Of a stretch of DNA of 64,000 bases, positions 62,119-64,000 are shown piece after piece. Source of the DNA: Bispira polyomma (lineage: Eukaryota); the NCBI GenBank assembly GCA_965649765.1, contig OZ287756.1, forward strand, positions 35,216,001-35,280,000, in the 5' to 3' direction. Below the pieces are notes generated by a model. It searched no databases, had not been told where the DNA came from, and saw only the letters and a program-made list of their open reading frames with translations. Numbering within the stretch: the first letter of the stretch is position 1; each line of letters opens with the position of its first letter. A program made the translations under genes and the position numbers.

Positions 62119-64000
62119 GGTCCCGCAGACCATGGGGACGGATATCCATTCGTCAACCAAACTGGGAGGGGACGCCCACTTTGATGAAGCCAAGAAATGG
62201 ACACTTTACAGTGATTCTGGTGAGTGAATGAACAACATGGATTTGATTAATTGATTGGGGGGTTAGGTTTCGCTGTCAAAACATTGTGGATATATAGGCT
62301 CACACTGGGGAGTTTTTTTTTTAAAAAAAATACAATTTTCTGAAGTTGCACATTGATAAACGATGAGCAGATTTACTGGTGTTCAAAAGCAGTGTATACT
62401 ACTAGTTGGGTAAGATTCTGCACTGTCAACCACCGGGCATTGGCAAGTAACTGTAAACGTTTCCCACATAAAGCCAGACATGGGGACTTTATGATAAAGA
62501 AAATTATGTGTTATTGTTTCTTTACTTAAATACCTTGGATCTGTTATTTTACGAACTTTCTGTTATCTGAACAGACTCACTGAGACTTTACCCTTACTAG
62601 CTGTTTAGATAATACAGAGTATTCTATTTTAATAAGGTAGAACCTCCATTTTCTGAACTTCTGTTATTCAAAGGTTATTTCTCTAAAATTGATAATCTTC
62701 CTATTGGTTTATTGTAAAAATACCACCTTGATTATCCAAGCTCTCTGAGCCGAATATTAAATCTTATGAACACACCTTCTCTCTTCCAAATCTACATAAT
62801 TTTGTTGTTACAACCTATTCCCTTATAAACCAAGTAACCATTTCTATATGTCTCTGTGTCTATCAGGTTGCAACTTCTTCCAAGTTGCCGCCCACGAGTT
62901 TGGCCATGCTTAGGGCCTGGGTCACAGCCAGGACCGCACTGCTCTCATGGCTCCATTCTATGGTGGCTATATGGAGAACTTCAGGCTCCCTGCTGATGAT
63001 ACCATGGGCATCCAGACCCTGTATGGAAGACCAGAGGACCACCGACCAGTGACCACCCCAAGACCGAGACGCCCCACTACTGCCTCAACTACTACTACTC
63101 CCGTACCTACCATGGTTCCCGAGGGCCGGGACGTGTGCTGCGAAGCCACCTTTGACGCCATCACGAAGATTGTGGACGAATACGGAGAGCAGAAGATCTA
63201 TGGCTTTAAGGGAGAGTACTACTTCCTCATCGACGAGAACAGAGGCATAGCCGATGGCTACCCAAGGGGTATTGTAGAGGACTGGCCGGGGGTGGCTGAC
63301 AACCTGGATGCTGCTCTCTTCTGGGACGGGAAGTGGGAATGGAATGCTGCAGAGAGCAGATGGGTGTGGCAACACGGCGCCACTTTTCTCTTCAAAGGAC
63401 GACAGTACTGGAGGGTAGAAGGCACGGGGACGGTCATTGGACCCCACCCTATCTCACACTGGGGCTCCGACTTCCCTGCAGATATTGATGCAGCCTTCGT
63501 GTGGAAGAAGAACGGCAAGACCTACCTGTTTAAAGGTGAGCTTCTTTCTAGGTGTAACAGTAGGAGAAACCGCTATTCATCTGAACTTTTATTTATCTCA
63601 ACTTCTATTTATCCGCATATTTGACTTTTTATAATGATCATTAATATTAACACGTCTATATAATGTTCTTGATATATTGTGCACCCATATTATATACATC
63701 CCATTGTAACAAGCAGGACAAAAATAGTGCCAGACCTTTATATCATAATGTCCACATTTATTTTCTCTTTTGTATACTAAACCAGTACATTGTCCTGTTT
63801 CTTTATAAGCTAAATGCTGACATTCCCTGTGACCTGTTTATATGGCATGTCACATTCTTGTACCTTGTTTATAAGACATCTACCTGTGACCTGGGGCAGT
63901 ATTCACAAAAAGGTCTGAGCCAAGGCTTTTGCTTAGATCTAGTGTACTTTTGTGCTAGATTTAGGACAATGTCTACACTAAGCGCTTTTGTGAATACAGA
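62119..64000 (+). pseudogene. MMP: Partial tandem duplicate of the MMP gene (3' part of exon 4, intron 4, exon 5, intron 5; continues past window end)
   Basis: Aligns to ~55546-57480. Starts mid-exon 4; 41-bp deletion (equivalent to 55580-55620) removes [14 protein letters not shown]; TTG>TAG at 62911-62913 inside the zinc motif (HEFGHA*GLGH); exon-5 copy 62867-63535 differs at 24 of 669 nt. Confidence 0.9.

Noticed and set aside
61653-62204. 183-aa minus-strand ORF
   Set aside because: Crosses the duplication junction and a tandem repeat; chimeric chance ORF.

Overview
AT-rich animal genomic DNA, probably molluscan judging by the SINE/MITE landscape (inferred, not proven), with one 131-N gap at 42338-42468. 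The best-supported feature is a complete 7-exon matrix metalloproteinase (MMP) gene on the + strand (CDS 52959-59996, 568 aa): signal peptide, pro-domain, furin site, HExxHxxGxxH catalytic domain, Thr/Pro hinge, 4-blade hemopexin domain and a basic tail. A 5'-truncated, disabled tandem copy follows it (62119 to window end). The left ~26 kb appears to hold the 5' part of a large, unidentified minus-strand gene, with one clear coding exon (26040-25617) and several candidate alternative first exons and micro-exons. The rest is MITEs (PIF/Harbinger-, hAT-, Tc1/mariner-, piggyBac-like), tRNA-derived SINEs, an L2/CR1 remnant, Helentron-like elements and minisatellites. The most notable observation is that the MMP exon-3 splice acceptor is tandemly amplified, and all four extra copies read AG|GTAAG, forming a candidate recursive-splicing ladder. 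I see no prokaryote-type system, CRISPR array, rRNA or intact tRNA. All alignments and counts were done by eye.
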